From assembly GCA_001600695.1 (NCBI GenBank), contig BCKQ01000008.1, positions 62,001 to 126,000 on the forward strand: 64,000 nucleotides of DNA. Reading direction: 5' to 3'. This stretch comes from Ascoidea asiatica JCM 7603. Its lineage: Eukaryota > Fungi > Ascomycota. A program made the position numbers and the translations under genes. The notes beneath the pieces were generated by a model, which did not search any database, was not told the DNA's origin, and worked only from the letters and a program-made list of their open reading frames with translations. Of this stretch, positions 48,057-61,142 are shown one piece after another (position 1 is the stretch's first letter; each line of letters begins with the position of its first letter).

Positions 48057-48589
48057 GTATTAAAAGGGTTTAAATTTGAATTTGAATTTGAATTTGTTGA
48101 AATTTCATTATAATAATTTGGAGTTTCATCTTTTGGTGGATACATATTTGGATTTGCTAATGGAGTAAATTTTGGTTTTGATTTTTTATTAAAGAAATTA
48201 TTAAATTGATGATTTGAATCATTATTTATATCTCTTTTATTTTTATTATTATTATTACAACAACATGAACAACATTTTATAAAACAACAACATAAAGCAG
48301 AAATACAAGTTACACCATAACAACAAACTTGAATTATTGTACTTAATAACCAAAGAATTAATAAACCTGCAATTATACATAAAGCTATTACAACCCATTT
48401 ACAAGTTGTATTTTCTTTACATGTACTCCAACTTTTAAAAGAATCTGCAGTTGATACAGTTGAATCATAAGCATTTTCAACACTACTTGCAGTATCAACA
48501 GCATTTGCAAAAGAATCTCTTATTACTAAACCAATTTTATTTGGACATAAAATATCCTTTTTTTGAAAAATTTCATATGGAATATACAT
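47813..48589 (-). CDS. PIN2: Pin2-like single-pass membrane protein with Cys cluster and Asn-rich tail
   Basis: SFKSWSTCKENTTCKW, TM, GVTCISALCCC; N/Y-rich cytosolic tail; adjacent to the VAM3-like gene as in S. cerevisiae. Confidence 0.8.
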
Positions 48590-50016
48590 TATAGATTATA
48601 TTATAGATCAGATAAGATAAGATAAGATAAGATAAGATATAAGTAATATGTTACTACGGTTGTAAGTAAGTAATAAATACGTTTATAGTAAATTAATAAA
48701 GAATAATTGACTTATATTTATCTTTATATATGTTTCTATTATATTTATATATGAATAATAATCCAGAAATAGATTTGAAAATAGATTTGAAAATAGATTT
48801 GAAAATAGATTTAGAAATAGTTTGAAAAGAGAAGAAATTAACTTTGACAAAGTTCCCTTTAAATTGGAATAAATAAAAAAGTGAGATAAAAAAAGAAAGA
48901 AAGAAACTGAGGAAGTGCGGTTTGAACAGGGGGCAGTGCATGGCCCGAGTACTATTTACACTGCAGCGGGGCTTTGGAAAGACATACTTAACAGCAGTAG
49001 GCGCAGGAAAGATAAGAGAAACGTCCCGAATAAAGCAGGGTGTTTATAGTCGGAGAAGTAAAAAGACCTTCTTTATGGTGAATATAGCCTCGATGGAAGA
49101 ATAAATAAATATACCATAAGAATAATAAAGAAAGTAAATGGTAATGGTAATGGTAATGGTAATGGTGATGGTGAGTCCAAATAATCAAGCTCGGTTTGAA
49201 ATAGAATAAAATTATGATTTGCATTTTGCTTTGCTACTTTCAGGGGGCTTTTAAAACAGTTTCTTCAATCATCAAAAAGATCAGAAATAGAGGAGCAGTC
49301 TCTGAAGACAATAATGACTTTATCTGCTGGTGGTGGAGACAATGGAGATGGTGGTGGTGGTGGTGGTGGATATCACTCAGCCATTGACGTGAGTAGCAGC
49401 TGTTGCAGTTGTTCCTTCATAAGAAAGTGAAGAAACAAAGTGCAAATGCGACAATCTTCCATTTTGTGTTTTGTGTTTTGAGAGTCAAGATCGGGGTGAC
49501 GTGTCGAAGTGCGTGCAAAGATGCGTGCCGTTGTGCGTTTGAAAGTGCGTTTGTTTATGTTGCCTAAACAAGTAATATGTTTATTGATGTATATCCACTT
49601 TATTATATGTATTTGTTACTGATACCAACATCAAACCACGCCACTTCCTCTTTAGGCAATGCCCGATTTGGGTCTGAATTCTCTCGAGTCTAAAACACAG
49701 CACTAAAATAAAAAAAGGTGATAAAAGAAGAAAGATAACAAAAGAATAACAAAAGAATATTAAATAATAAATAATAATACAAAATAAATAGGATCAATTG
49801 TTATCAAATATATAAAACTACTTACAATCACCATCAATAGGAGTTATTCTCTTTTAATACAATATTATATATCACTTGCTCTTCATTTTCCTAATACTTA
49901 ATCAATCTATCAGTTAATCAATCAGTTAGTTAATCAATAAGTCAATAAATTCTCAATTGCTAAACATTCTCTTATTCAATCAATATATAATCGAAAATAA
50001 TCAAAATTAATCAATA

Positions 50017-51033
50017 ATGTCATTTGCAGATTTAGATATACAATCTCAAAATAGATCATTATCAAATTCAACAAATTTATTATCATCAAATTCAAATTCA
50101 AATTCAAATACAAAACCTCCAATAATTAATAATAAAACTAATAAAGAAAATAAAAATTCAAATAGTGAAATAATTTTAAAAATTTCAAATCTTTTAAATG
50201 AATTTGCAAATAATATATCTAATTTAGAAAGATTAAATAATCAATTAGGTACAAAAAGAGATAATATAAATTTAAGAAATTTAATAGAAAATTATTTATC
50301 AAATTCAAATTTAAATTTAAATAATTCTAAAAATTTATTATTTAATTTACAAATTATTTCAAATAATAATACCAATAACAATAACAATAACAATAACAAT
50401 AACAATAATAATAATAATACTAAACAATCATTACTTTTATCTAAATTACAAAAAGAATTTAATAATTTAAATTTACAATTCAATAAAATTAAAAGAAATT
50501 ATAATGAAAAAAAAAATTCAGTTATTTTAAATCAAATTGTTAATCAAAATACTAAATCTAATAATAATAATAACAATAACAATAATAATAATGACGAAAA
50601 TAAAACTGCTTTATTAGATGAAGAAGAAAATGAAAATGAAAATAAGACTTTAAAATCTCAAAATCAAAATGAACAAACTCCACTTTTAATAAATAATCAA
50701 CAAGAACAATATGGTCAAATTGTTAATCAATATGATTTAGATTATCATACTTTATTAGTACAACAAAGAAATGATGAATTATCAAATATTCATCAAGGTG
50801 TTGAAGAAGTTAATGCAATTTTTAAAGATTTATCTTCTTTAGTTCAAGAACAAGGTTTACAAATTGATACTGTTGAAAATAATTTAATGCAATATAATGA
50901 TAATACTCAAATTGCTTCTCATGAATTAATTAAAGCTGATAATTTTCAAAAAAAGAAAAAAAAATTTTCATGTATTGTACTTTTAATATTATCTATAATT
51001 TTATTTTTAATAATTTTAGCTGTTTTAAGTTAA
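50017..51033 (+). CDS. VAM3: Vacuolar/endosomal syntaxin (Qa-SNARE)
   Basis: QLGTKRD Habc motif, EQTPLL dileucine-like signal, EVNAIFKDLSSLVQEQGLQIDTVENN SNARE motif, C-terminal TM; linkage to PIN2. Confidence 0.8.
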   Translation: MSFADLDIQSQNRSLSNSTNLLSSNSNSNSNTKPPIINNKTNKENKNSNSEIILKISNLLNEFANNISNLERLNNQLGTKRDNINLRNLIENYLSNSNLNLNNSKNLLFNLQIISNNNTNNNNNNNNNNNNNNNTKQSLLLSKLQKEFNNLNLQFNKIKRNYNEKKNSVILNQIVNQNTKSNNNNNNNNNNNDENKTALLDEEENENENKTLKSQNQNEQTPLLINNQQEQYGQIVNQYDLDYHTLLVQQRNDELSNIHQGVEEVNAIFKDLSSLVQEQGLQIDTVENNLMQYNDNTQIASHELIKADNFQKKKKKFSCIVLLILSIILFLIILAVLS

Positions 51034-51130
51034 TAAATAATTTAATTAAAATAAATTAATTTTACAATTTATATTATACACTAATTATGATATCTTAAAA
51101 AAATATCATAATACTAAAATAAAGAAACTA

Positions 51131-51132
<2 letters not shown>

Positions 51133-51172
<40 letters not shown>
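51133..51172 (+). repeat. Poly(dA) tract, about 40 nt, between convergent VAM3 and SET1
   Basis: Read directly from the sequence. Confidence 0.9.
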
Positions 51173-51174
<2 letters not shown>

Positions 51175-51448
51175 TTATATACTGTATATATATATATATA
51201 TAAAATTTGCTAAGCATTAAATATTAATTAGTAAACAATAATTGATGAAGGATAAAAATCATAAATAATGAACAATAAACAGTAAATAATAAACAATAAA
51301 TAAATAAATAAACAAATAAATAAATAACTGAGAATGAATAACTAATAATAAAAATAAATGAAAAAATATGCAAAATACTTTTTTTTAACAAGATAAAAAA
51401 CAAAAATAAAAATAAAATAAAAATAAAACAAAAATTGATTGAATTTTC

Positions 51449-54400
51449 TTAATTCAAAAATCCTTTACATCCAACTGATCCACATAAACATCGAATTCTT
51501 TCTTCATCATTGGTTTCTCTTTCAAATTTATAATCATAAGTTAATTCTTCATTTGCTTTTATATCTCTTAAAGCATAAATAACAATACGTTTTTGTCCAT
51601 CAACTTTAATAATTTTTGCTGTACAACTTGGTGTACAACAATGATTTATAAATCTTGCAATTCCACCCTTTTTTGTAGCATCAATAACTGTTTGATCATC
51701 AATTCTAAATAAATAACTTGATCCAATTCCTGATTTAATATATTGCCTTTCTCTAATTTCTGCAACTGCTTGTCTTATACTTTCTCCAACATATTCAATT
51801 ATCATTTCTTTTTTTGCTATTGGTTCTAATGCATAAAGTCCCCAATTATGAATAGCTGATCTTGCAAATGAAACTGGTTTTTTTCTTTTATTTAATTGAT
51901 TTAATTTTAAAATATCTGTTTCATAATTAGCTGTAAAATCTGCTGCAAATCTTCTATTATTTGCTCTATTAACTCTAGAACTTTGAATATTTGTATTTAA
52001 TTCTTTACCATCTTCATCTTGAATTGTTGTTAATGGTATATTTTTATGAATTTTACGACGATGAGGTAAATATAAACTTTTAAGTGAATCATCAATTTTT
52101 TTATAACCTTCACTTCTAGCTGATCCAGTTTTATTTTTTAATTCTTCATAAAGTTCTGCATTTTTTTCAATTTCTTCTCTTTGTTCTTTCATTATTTCAA
52201 TAGCTTTATTATTAAACAGAGAATATTTATGAATAGTTGTAAAAGTTTCTGTAAGAATCTTCTTTTTATTTGAAAAATAATATGTAGGATCATCATATTC
52301 TTTTGATGGATTAACATCTTTCATTACTTCTTTCATTAATTCTAAATCTTCATTATCTGTGATTATATTTTTAAGATTACTTAAATTCAATTTGAAATCT
52401 GAAGAAACTGGAGGAATTACAGTATGTGGACTATTTGAATAATCTGGTAGAAATCTTTTAGATACCCCATAAAACTGATCATCTTCCAGTATATTATCAG
52501 TAGATGCTTTTGGTTTGATTTTATCTTCTTCTATAATTTCCTTTTCAAAAGAACTTTTTATATTAACTTGATTTTTAACCGTAGGTTTTATGATCTTTTT
52601 CGCCACTTTTTTAACACTTTTCTTAATTTTTTTATCAACTTTGTTTTTCACTTCTTTGGAAACTAATGTATCTTTTTCTGATTCAATCTTTTTTCTTGAC
52701 TCAACTTTATCTGAAGTTGAAAAATCATTTTCCACTATTTCTTTTGATTTTATCTGGATAACATAATCTTTATTAGAAATAAGTTTTTCTTCAGGAGATG
52801 TTGGAATTGATTCATCTGTAGGTTTTTCAAAAGAAGAAACTGAATTTTTGTTCTTTTCTTCATCTTCATTTGAATCCTTAATGATAATATTAGATGCTGT
52901 TTTTATTTTATGATCACCTATCCTATTATCATGATGATTATTATTGTTATCATAAACATCTTCTTCTTCTTCCACATCATCATCCTCATCGTCGTCATCA
53001 TCCTCATCATCATCTTCATCAGAGGAATACATAAAAGACATATTTCTTTTTCTCCTCTTAGTAAGTGGAGATCCTTGAGATTTTCTCTTAGATGATACTG
53101 TTTTCTTCTCGTTTGGAGAGCTTCTGGAGCTCGATGAAATTTGTTCTTCATCATCTGTAAAATTTAGTGACACATTAACCATATCATTTCTTGATCTTTT
53201 CTTAGAAGCAATTTCATCACGCTTGGATCTACGAATACTTTTAAAGTTAGATGACGTTGATATTCTTCTTCTCTTTCCTTGAATTTTATCCTCTGGACTT
53301 TCTTTTAGTATTCTTTTCTTTTTTCTAAAACTTGGTAATGAAGGTAATTTCAATTTTGAAGGGAGTATGGAAAATACATCCTCACCCATATCATAATTAG
53401 GAATTGGTGTTCCAGTAGTACTTTTCAGATCAACTCCACTTTCTTCATTATCTTCAATACACTTCTTTTCTAATAATTTTTTTTCCATTTTTTCTTTTTC
53501 TTCTTTTATATAATTTTCTTTCATTGATTGAAATTTATCACCCTTTAAATAATTAAATATAATTGAATTTATAGTTCTTTGTCTAATGTTCATATTCAAA
53601 GAATTCCCTAAATCTTTTAAAATCAAATCTGTTGCTTCTGATACAGGATCTCTTTTAATGATAACTGGAGCTAATGGAACTTTTAATTTTTTTTCTGTTT
53701 TATTTTTCGAAATGACAATTTTTTCTGGCATATAAATCTCCATTTTTAAACGATATTTTGTTATTCTTTGATCATTTTCATTATTAAAACATCTTTTTGC
53801 TTCTTTTGGATTATTAAATATTATAATAAAACATTTATCAGGATCTGCAATTATTTTAGCCCATTCATAAGATGCCAATCTACCTTTCATTTGCTTTATT
53901 GGTACATTTTCTAAAGGAACAAATTTTGTGCTTATTGCAATATATGCTCTATTATTAATGACATTTTTTACATTCAAAGAGATAATTTCATTTAAATCTT
54001 TTAATAATGCTTGATTTCTTTTTTTTTCAAAGTTTGGAAGTGTTCCTATTGAACTTATAGCATTAGCTAAACTCATAAGATCTTTTTCATCTGTTCTTTC
54101 TTTTATTAATAATTCACTTTTTAATAAATCTGATTCGATTAAATGAGATTTTTTTGAAAGTGAATTTAAAATGTTAAAATTTGATGAAGAACCCAAATTT
54201 ATTGGAGCTTGATGAATTTGTTTTGATTTTTCTAATAATCTTTCCATTTTTAATAAACTTTTCTTTTTTTCTTCTTCTAATTTTTTTAATCTTTGAAAAA
54301 ATTCTTTTCTTTTTTTTTCAATTTCTAATTTTTTAATTTTTTCTAATTCTTGTTTTTTAGCTTTATCTAAATGCTTTTTTCTTTCTTGAAAATATTTTAT

Positions 54401-56107
54401 TGCAACTTCTGATCTTTTTTCTAATAATTTATTTTTTGAATTATTTATACCAAATTGAATAGAACTATTTTCTATATTTAATTTATCTTTTAAATCTAAC
54501 ATAGCTTCAATACAAGATCTATAACCTTTAACAGGATCATTTTCATTATCAAATTTTAATGAAGCAACACCTAATGGAGTTGCAGAAATTGGATCTAAGA
54601 TCATTTTAAATTCAATAATTTTACCATATTTTGTGAAATAATTTCTCAATAAAGTATGATTAAGATTTTTTGGAAAATTCCAAACAATTAGATTATTTGA
54701 ATATGGTTTATTAATATTTTTTGATTTATTAAATTTATGAAATGGTAAAGTTAAAGATTTAAATAAATTTTTTGATTTTGAATATTTTGAAATTTTTTTA
54801 ATATATGCATTTGTATTTGAATGAGAATTAATTTTTGAATTTAAATAAGATAATCTTGGATCAATTAATTTTAAATTTTTAGAATCTCCTTTAAATCTAA
54901 ATATTGGTTTATTTGAATTTAAATTTGAATTTGAATTTAAATTATGTTTATTTAATTTATTTAATTCTGGATCAAAGATTAAATTATAATTTTTTCTTTC
55001 TTTTTCATTATTATTTTGATCATTTTTTTCAAGATTATTTGAAATTATTAATGGAATTAAAGATTCATTTTGTTTATGTATTTGATTTGAAATTTTAGAG
55101 TCATTATAATAATTTAAATCTATTAGGTCTTTATTATGAAAAGGTTGTTTAGTTTTAGTAATAGTTCTTGGAATAATTTTTGGAATAGTTTTTGTAATAT
55201 TTGTAGTTGAATTTTTTCTAATTGTTGAAATATCAATTCTGAAAATTTCAGGTTTTTTATTTGATTGAGAACCCAGCATTGCTTTTGGAGCATTTGGAGT
55301 TTTTAGTTTAGTTATCGAAGTGTTTGAATATTTAGTTGAAATTGAAGTTGAGGTTGAAGTTGAAGTTGAAGTAGAAGTTGAAGTAGAAGTAGAAGTAGAA
55401 GTAGAAGTGGAAGTTGGGGATGTGATTGAATTTGAGAATATAGAAGAATGAGTTGAAGAATGATTAGAAGAGCTTAATGAATTAGATGAATTCGATTTAG
55501 AATTTGGATTATTATTATCTTTTTTATGAGAAGGTATATAAATATCAGGTTTTCTTCTTATATTCATGTTCATATTCATATTCATGTTAATTTTAGTATT
55601 GTTATTTACATTATTATTTATATCATTAGATTTCTTAGAAATATTTTTATTTGGAATATAAACATCAGGTTTTTTCCTTAAATTATAAGAATTATAGGAA
55701 TTATAAGAATTATATGAGTTATATGAGCTATGAGGATTATGAGAATTATGAGAATTATGAGAATTATGAGAATTCATTCCATAATAATTATTATTGTTAT
55801 TATTACCATTAGCATTTGTTTTATTATTGAATGAATGATTATTTAATTGACTTTTACTTCTTTGATAAGAATTTATAGATAAAGAAGAAGAATTTGAATA
55901 AGAATCATTTAAATAATCATCATTTTCAAAAGAGTTATTTACATTCTTCATTTTATAATTAATTTGATCTATACTAGAATTAGAATCGTTATTAAGATTA
56001 GGATTATTATTAGTAGTAATATTATTGTTATCTTTGTTATCTTTGTTATTATTGTTATTATTGTTATTATTGTTATTATTGCTATTATAATAATCGTAAT
56101 CCACCAT
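51449..56107 (-). CDS. SET1: Histone H3K4 methyltransferase Set1
   Basis: [52 protein letters not shown], post-SET CLCGS..CKGFLN. Confidence 0.98.
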   Translation of the reverse strand: MVDYDYYNSNNNNNNNNNNNNKDNKDNNNITTNNNPNLNNDSNSSIDQINYKMKNVNNSFENDDYLNDSYSNSSSLSINSYQRSKSQLNNHSFNNKTNANGNNNNNNYYGMNSHNSHNSHNSHNPHSSYNSYNSYNSYNSYNLRKKPDVYIPNKNISKKSNDINNNVNNNTKINMNMNMNMNIRRKPDIYIPSHKKDNNNPNSKSNSSNSLSSSNHSSTHSSIFSNSITSPTSTSTSTSTSTSTSTSTSTSTSTSISTKYSNTSITKLKTPNAPKAMLGSQSNKKPEIFRIDISTIRKNSTTNITKTIPKIIPRTITKTKQPFHNKDLIDLNYYNDSKISNQIHKQNESLIPLIISNNLEKNDQNNNEKERKNYNLIFDPELNKLNKHNLNSNSNLNSNKPIFRFKGDSKNLKLIDPRLSYLNSKINSHSNTNAYIKKISKYSKSKNLFKSLTLPFHKFNKSKNINKPYSNNLIVWNFPKNLNHTLLRNYFTKYGKIIEFKMILDPISATPLGVASLKFDNENDPVKGYRSCIEAMLDLKDKLNIENSSIQFGINNSKNKLLEKRSEVAIKYFQERKKHLDKAKKQELEKIKKLEIEKKRKEFFQRLKKLEEEKKKSLLKMERLLEKSKQIHQAPINLGSSSNFNILNSLSKKSHLIESDLLKSELLIKERTDEKDLMSLANAISSIGTLPNFEKKRNQALLKDLNEIISLNVKNVINNRAYIAISTKFVPLENVPIKQMKGRLASYEWAKIIADPDKCFIIIFNNPKEAKRCFNNENDQRITKYRLKMEIYMPEKIVISKNKTEKKLKVPLAPVIIKRDPVSEATDLILKDLGNSLNMNIRQRTINSIIFNYLKGDKFQSMKENYIKEEKEKMEKKLLEKKCIEDNEESGVDLKSTTGTPIPNYDMGEDVFSILPSKLKLPSLPSFRKKKRILKESPEDKIQGKRRRISTSSNFKSIRRSKRDEIASKKRSRNDMVNVSLNFTDDEEQISSSSRSSPNEKKTVSSKRKSQGSPLTKRRKRNMSFMYSSDEDDDEDDDDDEDDDVEEEEDVYDNNNNHHDNRIGDHKIKTASNIIIKDSNEDEEKNKNSVSSFEKPTDESIPTSPEEKLISNKDYVIQIKSKEIVENDFSTSDKVESRKKIESEKDTLVSKEVKNKVDKKIKKSVKKVAKKIIKPTVKNQVNIKSSFEKEIIEEDKIKPKASTDNILEDDQFYGVSKRFLPDYSNSPHTVIPPVSSDFKLNLSNLKNIITDNEDLELMKEVMKDVNPSKEYDDPTYYFSNKKKILTETFTTIHKYSLFNNKAIEIMKEQREEIEKNAELYEELKNKTGSARSEGYKKIDDSLKSLYLPHRRKIHKNIPLTTIQDEDGKELNTNIQSSRVNRANNRRFAADFTANYETDILKLNQLNKRKKPVSFARSAIHNWGLYALEPIAKKEMIIEYVGESIRQAVAEIRERQYIKSGIGSSYLFRIDDQTVIDATKKGGIARFINHCCTPSCTAKIIKVDGQKRIVIYALRDIKANEELTYDYKFERETNDEERIRCLCGSVGCKGFLN

Positions 56108-56904
56108 TATAAGTTATTTATTATTGGAAGAACTTGAATATATAATTATAAATATAATTGAATTGAAAGATATCAAATAAACAATAGAAAAGTCTTCATT
56201 AAGATAATAAAATACACTTCAATGACAATATTTATATTATTATTATAAGCAATGTGAATGATTCTATTTTAATTTATCTAAAGTCGATTGATTATAATAT
56301 AATATAATAATCTATTATATTTTATTATATTCTTTTCTATTCTATTTTATATTTACTTATTTACTTATTTATTTATTTTATTTTATCTTATTCTAATTTT
56401 CTAATTCTTAAACCATCTCTGATAAAAAATACAATTTTATTCTCGAGCCTTGATTTCTTTTTACCACTTGCAGAATTCTTCCTGTTGCTGTTGCCGGCGC
56501 TGAACAACAATCTTGTCTAGTTTTGCGTTGCAACAATTCTGTCAACGCAGCGCAAGAGCGTCACTAGCGCAAACAGCGTGCAAAACAACAAATGGCACGC
56601 TGCAATTTCGAAAAAGCCCGGTTATCGCGCGCTGCGTTAAATCCTTCGCAAAACTTGTTTATGCACGCGTTTTCAAAAATTTATAGTTTTGCACTGTGTC
56701 CGGAATTAAATATCCGGAATTTGCAAGCCCTTGGAATCTGTCCTGGAATTGTCACTTCCGGTATTCTCTCGTCCTAAATAAATACTCAAATAAATCATCG
56801 AAATAAAAATCAGAGATCAAATTATTAAAATTATTTGTTTATTGAAGAAGAAGAATAAAATGAAATTAATGAAAAGTTATAAAGAATAAGAATAACAATA
56901 AGAA

Positions 56905-58542
56905 TCAAATAATATCATAGAAATGATGTTTTGTTATTCTTGGAACCATTCTTGGTCTATCTCGAAGTCTCATATTTAAATAAGTTCTCATATCAAATAT
57001 TCGAATATCATCTCTAATATTTTTAATTTTTTCACAATCTTCATTATTTAATTCAATTCCATTAATTAAAAGCTTTTCAATGAATTTTGGAAAATAATTC
57101 AAATCAATTGAAATTATTGGATTCATTATAACATTTAAGTATTTCAATTTCTTACAATCATTAAACCAATTTGGAAATTCTGTTAATTTATTAAAATTTA
57201 ATGATAAAACCATTAATTTTTCTTTAAAATAATAAATTGAAGATTCAAATTCAATTTCTTTAATTTGATTTTTATAAAATATTAATTTCTTTAATTTTCT
57301 TAATCCACTCATATTCTCAACTTTAATTATATCATTAACACTTAAATCTAAAACTATTAAATTTTTTAAATTATTTAAATTCTCAATTTTAGAAATATTA
57401 TTTTGAAATAGATTTAAATATTTTAATTTCTTGAAATTTAATAAATCTTTTGATAAAACTTCAATTCTATTATGTGATAAATTTAATTTAATTAAATTTT
57501 TAAAATTTTTCAAATTTTCTATAATCCTTATATTATTATTTGATAAATTTAAATATTTTAAATTTTCATTAATATATAATAAATCTTTTGGAATTTTAAT
57601 TAAATGATTATTTGAAAGATTTAAAGATGTTAAATTATTTAAATTAATTAAAAACTTAAGATCATAAACATAATTTTCTAATGATTCTAAAGAATCAAAA
57701 CTTTCCATACTTTCATATGAAATAAATAAATTATTACTAATATCTAATTTTTTTAAATTAATAAATTTAAAAGAATTCATACAATTCAAATCAATTAATG
57801 AAAAATCATTTCCTGATAAATTTAATTCATATAAATTTGAAAATAATTTTAAATCATTCAAATTCATACTCTTTAAATTATTAATATCTTTAATATTTCT
57901 ATCTTTTAAATCTTTTTTTAATATTGTAATTAAATTATCTGTTAAATTTATTGATTTTAAATTTGGAAATATTTTTGTATTTGAAAAAAATAAAATAAAT
58001 GACCAAAATTCAAATGTTGTACCAATATTTGATTTAAAAATTTCAATTTTTCTTAAATTTTTATATATATTTTTTGATAAAATTTCTTTAAATTTTCTAA
58101 TTGAATTCCAAGATTGTAAATTTATTTCTAAATTTTTAACATTAATTAAATTTTCAAATTCTTCAATATTTATTATTTTATATTCTCCAAAATTATCAAA
58201 ATAATATCTTTTAAGATATTTTTTATTTATAAGTTTATATTCATTATTTTTTAATCTTAATCTATCATCATTCTCAGAAATATCATAAACTAATACATTT
58301 TCATATAATCTTAAATCACTAAAATATTTTATTAATGGAAATTTTGAATATGAAATGAAATACAATTCTAAAGAAGGAATATATTTAAATATTCTTTCAA
58401 CAATTTCATATGGTAAAACATTTATATAATCTGTTAAAAAATTTATTGGAGTTTTTTTTATATCGATTGTATTTATTGAAATTGAATTCAAATTATTATC
58501 AATAAAATTAATACCTGATGAATCTTTAATAGACTGAAACAT
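56905..58542 (-). CDS. F-box plus leucine-rich-repeat protein
   Basis: LPYEIVERIFKYI F-box motif, then about 10 LxxLxLxxNxI repeats; first ATG is at 58542 (the ORF-track start 58611 is TTG). Confidence 0.85.
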   Translation of the reverse strand: MFQSIKDSSGINFIDNNLNSISINTIDIKKTPINFLTDYINVLPYEIVERIFKYIPSLELYFISYSKFPLIKYFSDLRLYENVLVYDISENDDRLRLKNNEYKLINKKYLKRYYFDNFGEYKIINIEEFENLINVKNLEINLQSWNSIRKFKEILSKNIYKNLRKIEIFKSNIGTTFEFWSFILFFSNTKIFPNLKSINLTDNLITILKKDLKDRNIKDINNLKSMNLNDLKLFSNLYELNLSGNDFSLIDLNCMNSFKFINLKKLDISNNLFISYESMESFDSLESLENYVYDLKFLINLNNLTSLNLSNNHLIKIPKDLLYINENLKYLNLSNNNIRIIENLKNFKNLIKLNLSHNRIEVLSKDLLNFKKLKYLNLFQNNISKIENLNNLKNLIVLDLSVNDIIKVENMSGLRKLKKLIFYKNQIKEIEFESSIYYFKEKLMVLSLNFNKLTEFPNWFNDCKKLKYLNVIMNPIISIDLNYFPKFIEKLLINGIELNNEDCEKIKNIRDDIRIFDMRTYLNMRLRDRPRMVPRITKHHFYDII

Positions 58543-60137
58543 ATTTATAATAATAATCTGATTTTGGCAATTATGATAATTTTGAATATCTTTAAAAGAT
58601 AAATCTTGCAATAGAAGTTATTTGATTCGATTTATATTACTTTTATCATTACTTTTGTATTACTTTTATATTTCCTTGAAGATGGTAATTTACTGAAATG
58701 AAAACACCTTTGTAATACGGATGCTTTCTCACCAACTTTCGATGCGGAAAATTGCCCTTTTCTATAAATAGGCAGCACTGCCACAAATACAACGTAACTA
58801 GGGCAACATTCCTGTTAAAACGGGAAAATTCCAAATTTAAGATTTCAAAAAGCATCTTCCCACTGAAAAAAACATATTGAATTCCACAGAATTGTACAGG
58901 AATCTTGCATGATGTTTACCCCTGAAAGCTTGATTTTACGCAGGGTATATGCCTCATAAAGCAATAATCATTTGCAAATCAGGTTTTAAGGTTTCCCGGT
59001 TACGATTCCACTTCAATTTCTCAAAAGCCGGTTTACCAGAAAATCCCAGATAATATCAGTCTTTTCACTTAAATTTTTCATTTGAACTAAGCCAGTTTTT
59101 TTGTCTAAGTAGAATAAATATACTGGTGGTTCTTTTTTTTTTTTTCGCTGGTAATTGACCTAAATTTTCAAACTACTGTACTCCTTATTTGTAAAACTGA
59201 TTAAAACCTAGTAATTAATATTTAGACATACAGTATATCAACATAGTATAATAATAAAACTTTAACAATGGGAATCATTATGACTTTTATTAAAATTGAA
59301 TTTCTCTAAACAGTGAACTGTAATATATGCTCCTGCAAAAGATATCCCTAAACTTATTCATGGACTAGACCTAGGATTCATGAGGCTTATGAACGAAAAA
59401 TAAAACTTTTATGGTAATAAGTTTGAAAATTGATTCCATCGGCATATATTTCATCGGTGACCAAATTCTAATTTCAAATTCAAATACCATAAACAGCGTA
59501 TAAAATTAATTACTAATAGTCTCTAAAACTATCAAACTAATCATAATAATTGAGACCTCTGTATCTTTCAATGTTTATATCAATTTTTGCTATAATTCTG
59601 TTAAAAAATAAAAAATAAAATAAAATAAACTGATATTTGGATCTTTTCTTCAGAAATGGAAAGTTTTTATTCATAAATTGGAAACACAAATAAAATATTG
59701 CTCAACTTAATTCAATTGAATTACTAATTTGGCTTTATAAATTGCAAATACAGAAGTTACTAAAGTTGAATTATCTTTTGTGAAATATTGGGAAAATAAA
59801 ACATAATAAAAAATAATAAATTAATTCCCCAGTACTAGTAAAAAGAAATCCGAATAAGTTTAAAAAAATTCCAATTTTAAAGAAGTCAACTGACTATGTT
59901 TGGAAATAGAAGCTTAAAAGAAAATAAAAGAATATAAATATGGATTAAATCCCATTATATTTTTACTACTTTTAATCTCTTTTATTTCTTCAACCAACAA
60001 TATTAATTCAATTAGTTACTCACATTCGCTTATTAAATCAAAATTATAATTACTCAAATATTTAAATATTTAAATTTTTCCTAATTTATCACAAATAATA
60101 AATTTCTTCTTTAATTTCCTAAATTCTTCAATTCAAA

Positions 60138-60695
60138 ATGCAATTCCAATTATTAGCTATTTTAGCAACTGCCACTACTGTCTTTTCTGCTGCTGTTCCA
60201 GGTAATCAAGGCAGTCAACAAAAATCCAACTATGATTGTTCATTAGTTGCATATGCTCCAGCATATAATAAACTTGATAATTATGGTCTTAATATTAAAG
60301 AAGATAACGATGGTAATTATTATTTCTATGTTGGTTCTTCCAACTCAGATAAAAAGACTTTAGCTTACAATCCAACTGATTGTAAACTAACTGCTACTCC
60401 AAATGATTCTAAAAACAAAGGTAAGACCATGAATGTTAGTTTTGGAATTGATGATGGATCTAAATCCTTGAAATTACAAACTACTACTCCAGATGCTAAA
60501 TATACATTTGATGATAATAAGTTCTTACTCAAAAATGGAGAAAAGGAAACTTACTATGCATGTAAGAATTACTTAACTGGAACTAAAGGTAATTCCAAGA
60601 AAGATAATATGAAATCATTCAGCAAATCCAACTATATGATTGTTGCTTCTAGAACCGACAGTTCATGTTGTCCAATTAATATTCAAAAAGCTTGA
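60138..60695 (+). CDS. Secreted Rhd3/Pga29-like protein, copy A3
   Basis: 185 aa; closest by eye to A1 (KSNYDCSL.AYAP, YNPTDCKLTATPNDSKNKGKT, ETYYACKNY, FSKSNY). Confidence 0.87.
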   Translation: MQFQLLAILATATTVFSAAVPGNQGSQQKSNYDCSLVAYAPAYNKLDNYGLNIKEDNDGNYYFYVGSSNSDKKTLAYNPTDCKLTATPNDSKNKGKTMNVSFGIDDGSKSLKLQTTTPDAKYTFDDNKFLLKNGEKETYYACKNYLTGTKGNSKKDNMKSFSKSNYMIVASRTDSSCCPINIQKA

Positions 60696-61069
60696 ATAGA
60701 CATACTCTTTTCACTCTTTTATGAAAAAATATTTAATTTTCTTGAAATTCTTCTTTCTTTATAATAATCAGACAATTCAGGTTTTCTTGAACTTCTGTTG
60801 ATTTATTTCTTATTTTTATACTTCTTGTCAGAATATATTCCTGACTTCAATAAACAGCCTTTTTATCATTTCAATAAATCCACAAATTTTCTAATTTGAA
60901 CCAAAACCAATTTGTGTAAAATCTTTGAGAAAAAATAGATTCCATATTAGAAATTAAAGTAGACTTGCAATAAAGTGTTTGAGGAGAAATAATGAATTAG
61001 CCAAACTGGTTGAATTCCTTGTATGTTGAATATATGAAAGATATAGCAAAAAAGATAGCAAAAAAGAAG

Positions 61070-61142
61070 TGGACGAGTCCGGAGTCGAACCGGAGACCTT
61101 CTGCACGCTAAGCAGACGCGCTACCAACTACGCCACACGCCC
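61070..61142 (-). tRNA. tRNA-Ala(AGC), identical to 5231-5303
   Basis: Reverse complement matches the left copy at all 73 positions; oligo-T terminators follow on the minus strand. Confidence 0.97.

Noticed and set aside
51133-51172. Poly(A) tract as the tail of a VAM3 retrocopy
   Set aside because: PIN2-VAM3 linkage is ancestral, no target-site duplication is seen, and long A tracts are common here.
5377-59461. 12-bp inverted match GTCACCGATGAA (5377-5388) with 59450-59461
   Set aside because: Too short and not extendable; plausible by chance in 64 kb, so not used as evidence for the inversion.
5304-61069. Mating-type flip/flop locus
   Set aside because: No HMG, alpha-box or homeodomain MAT genes, no SLA2 or APN2, and no kilobase-scale identical inverted repeat.
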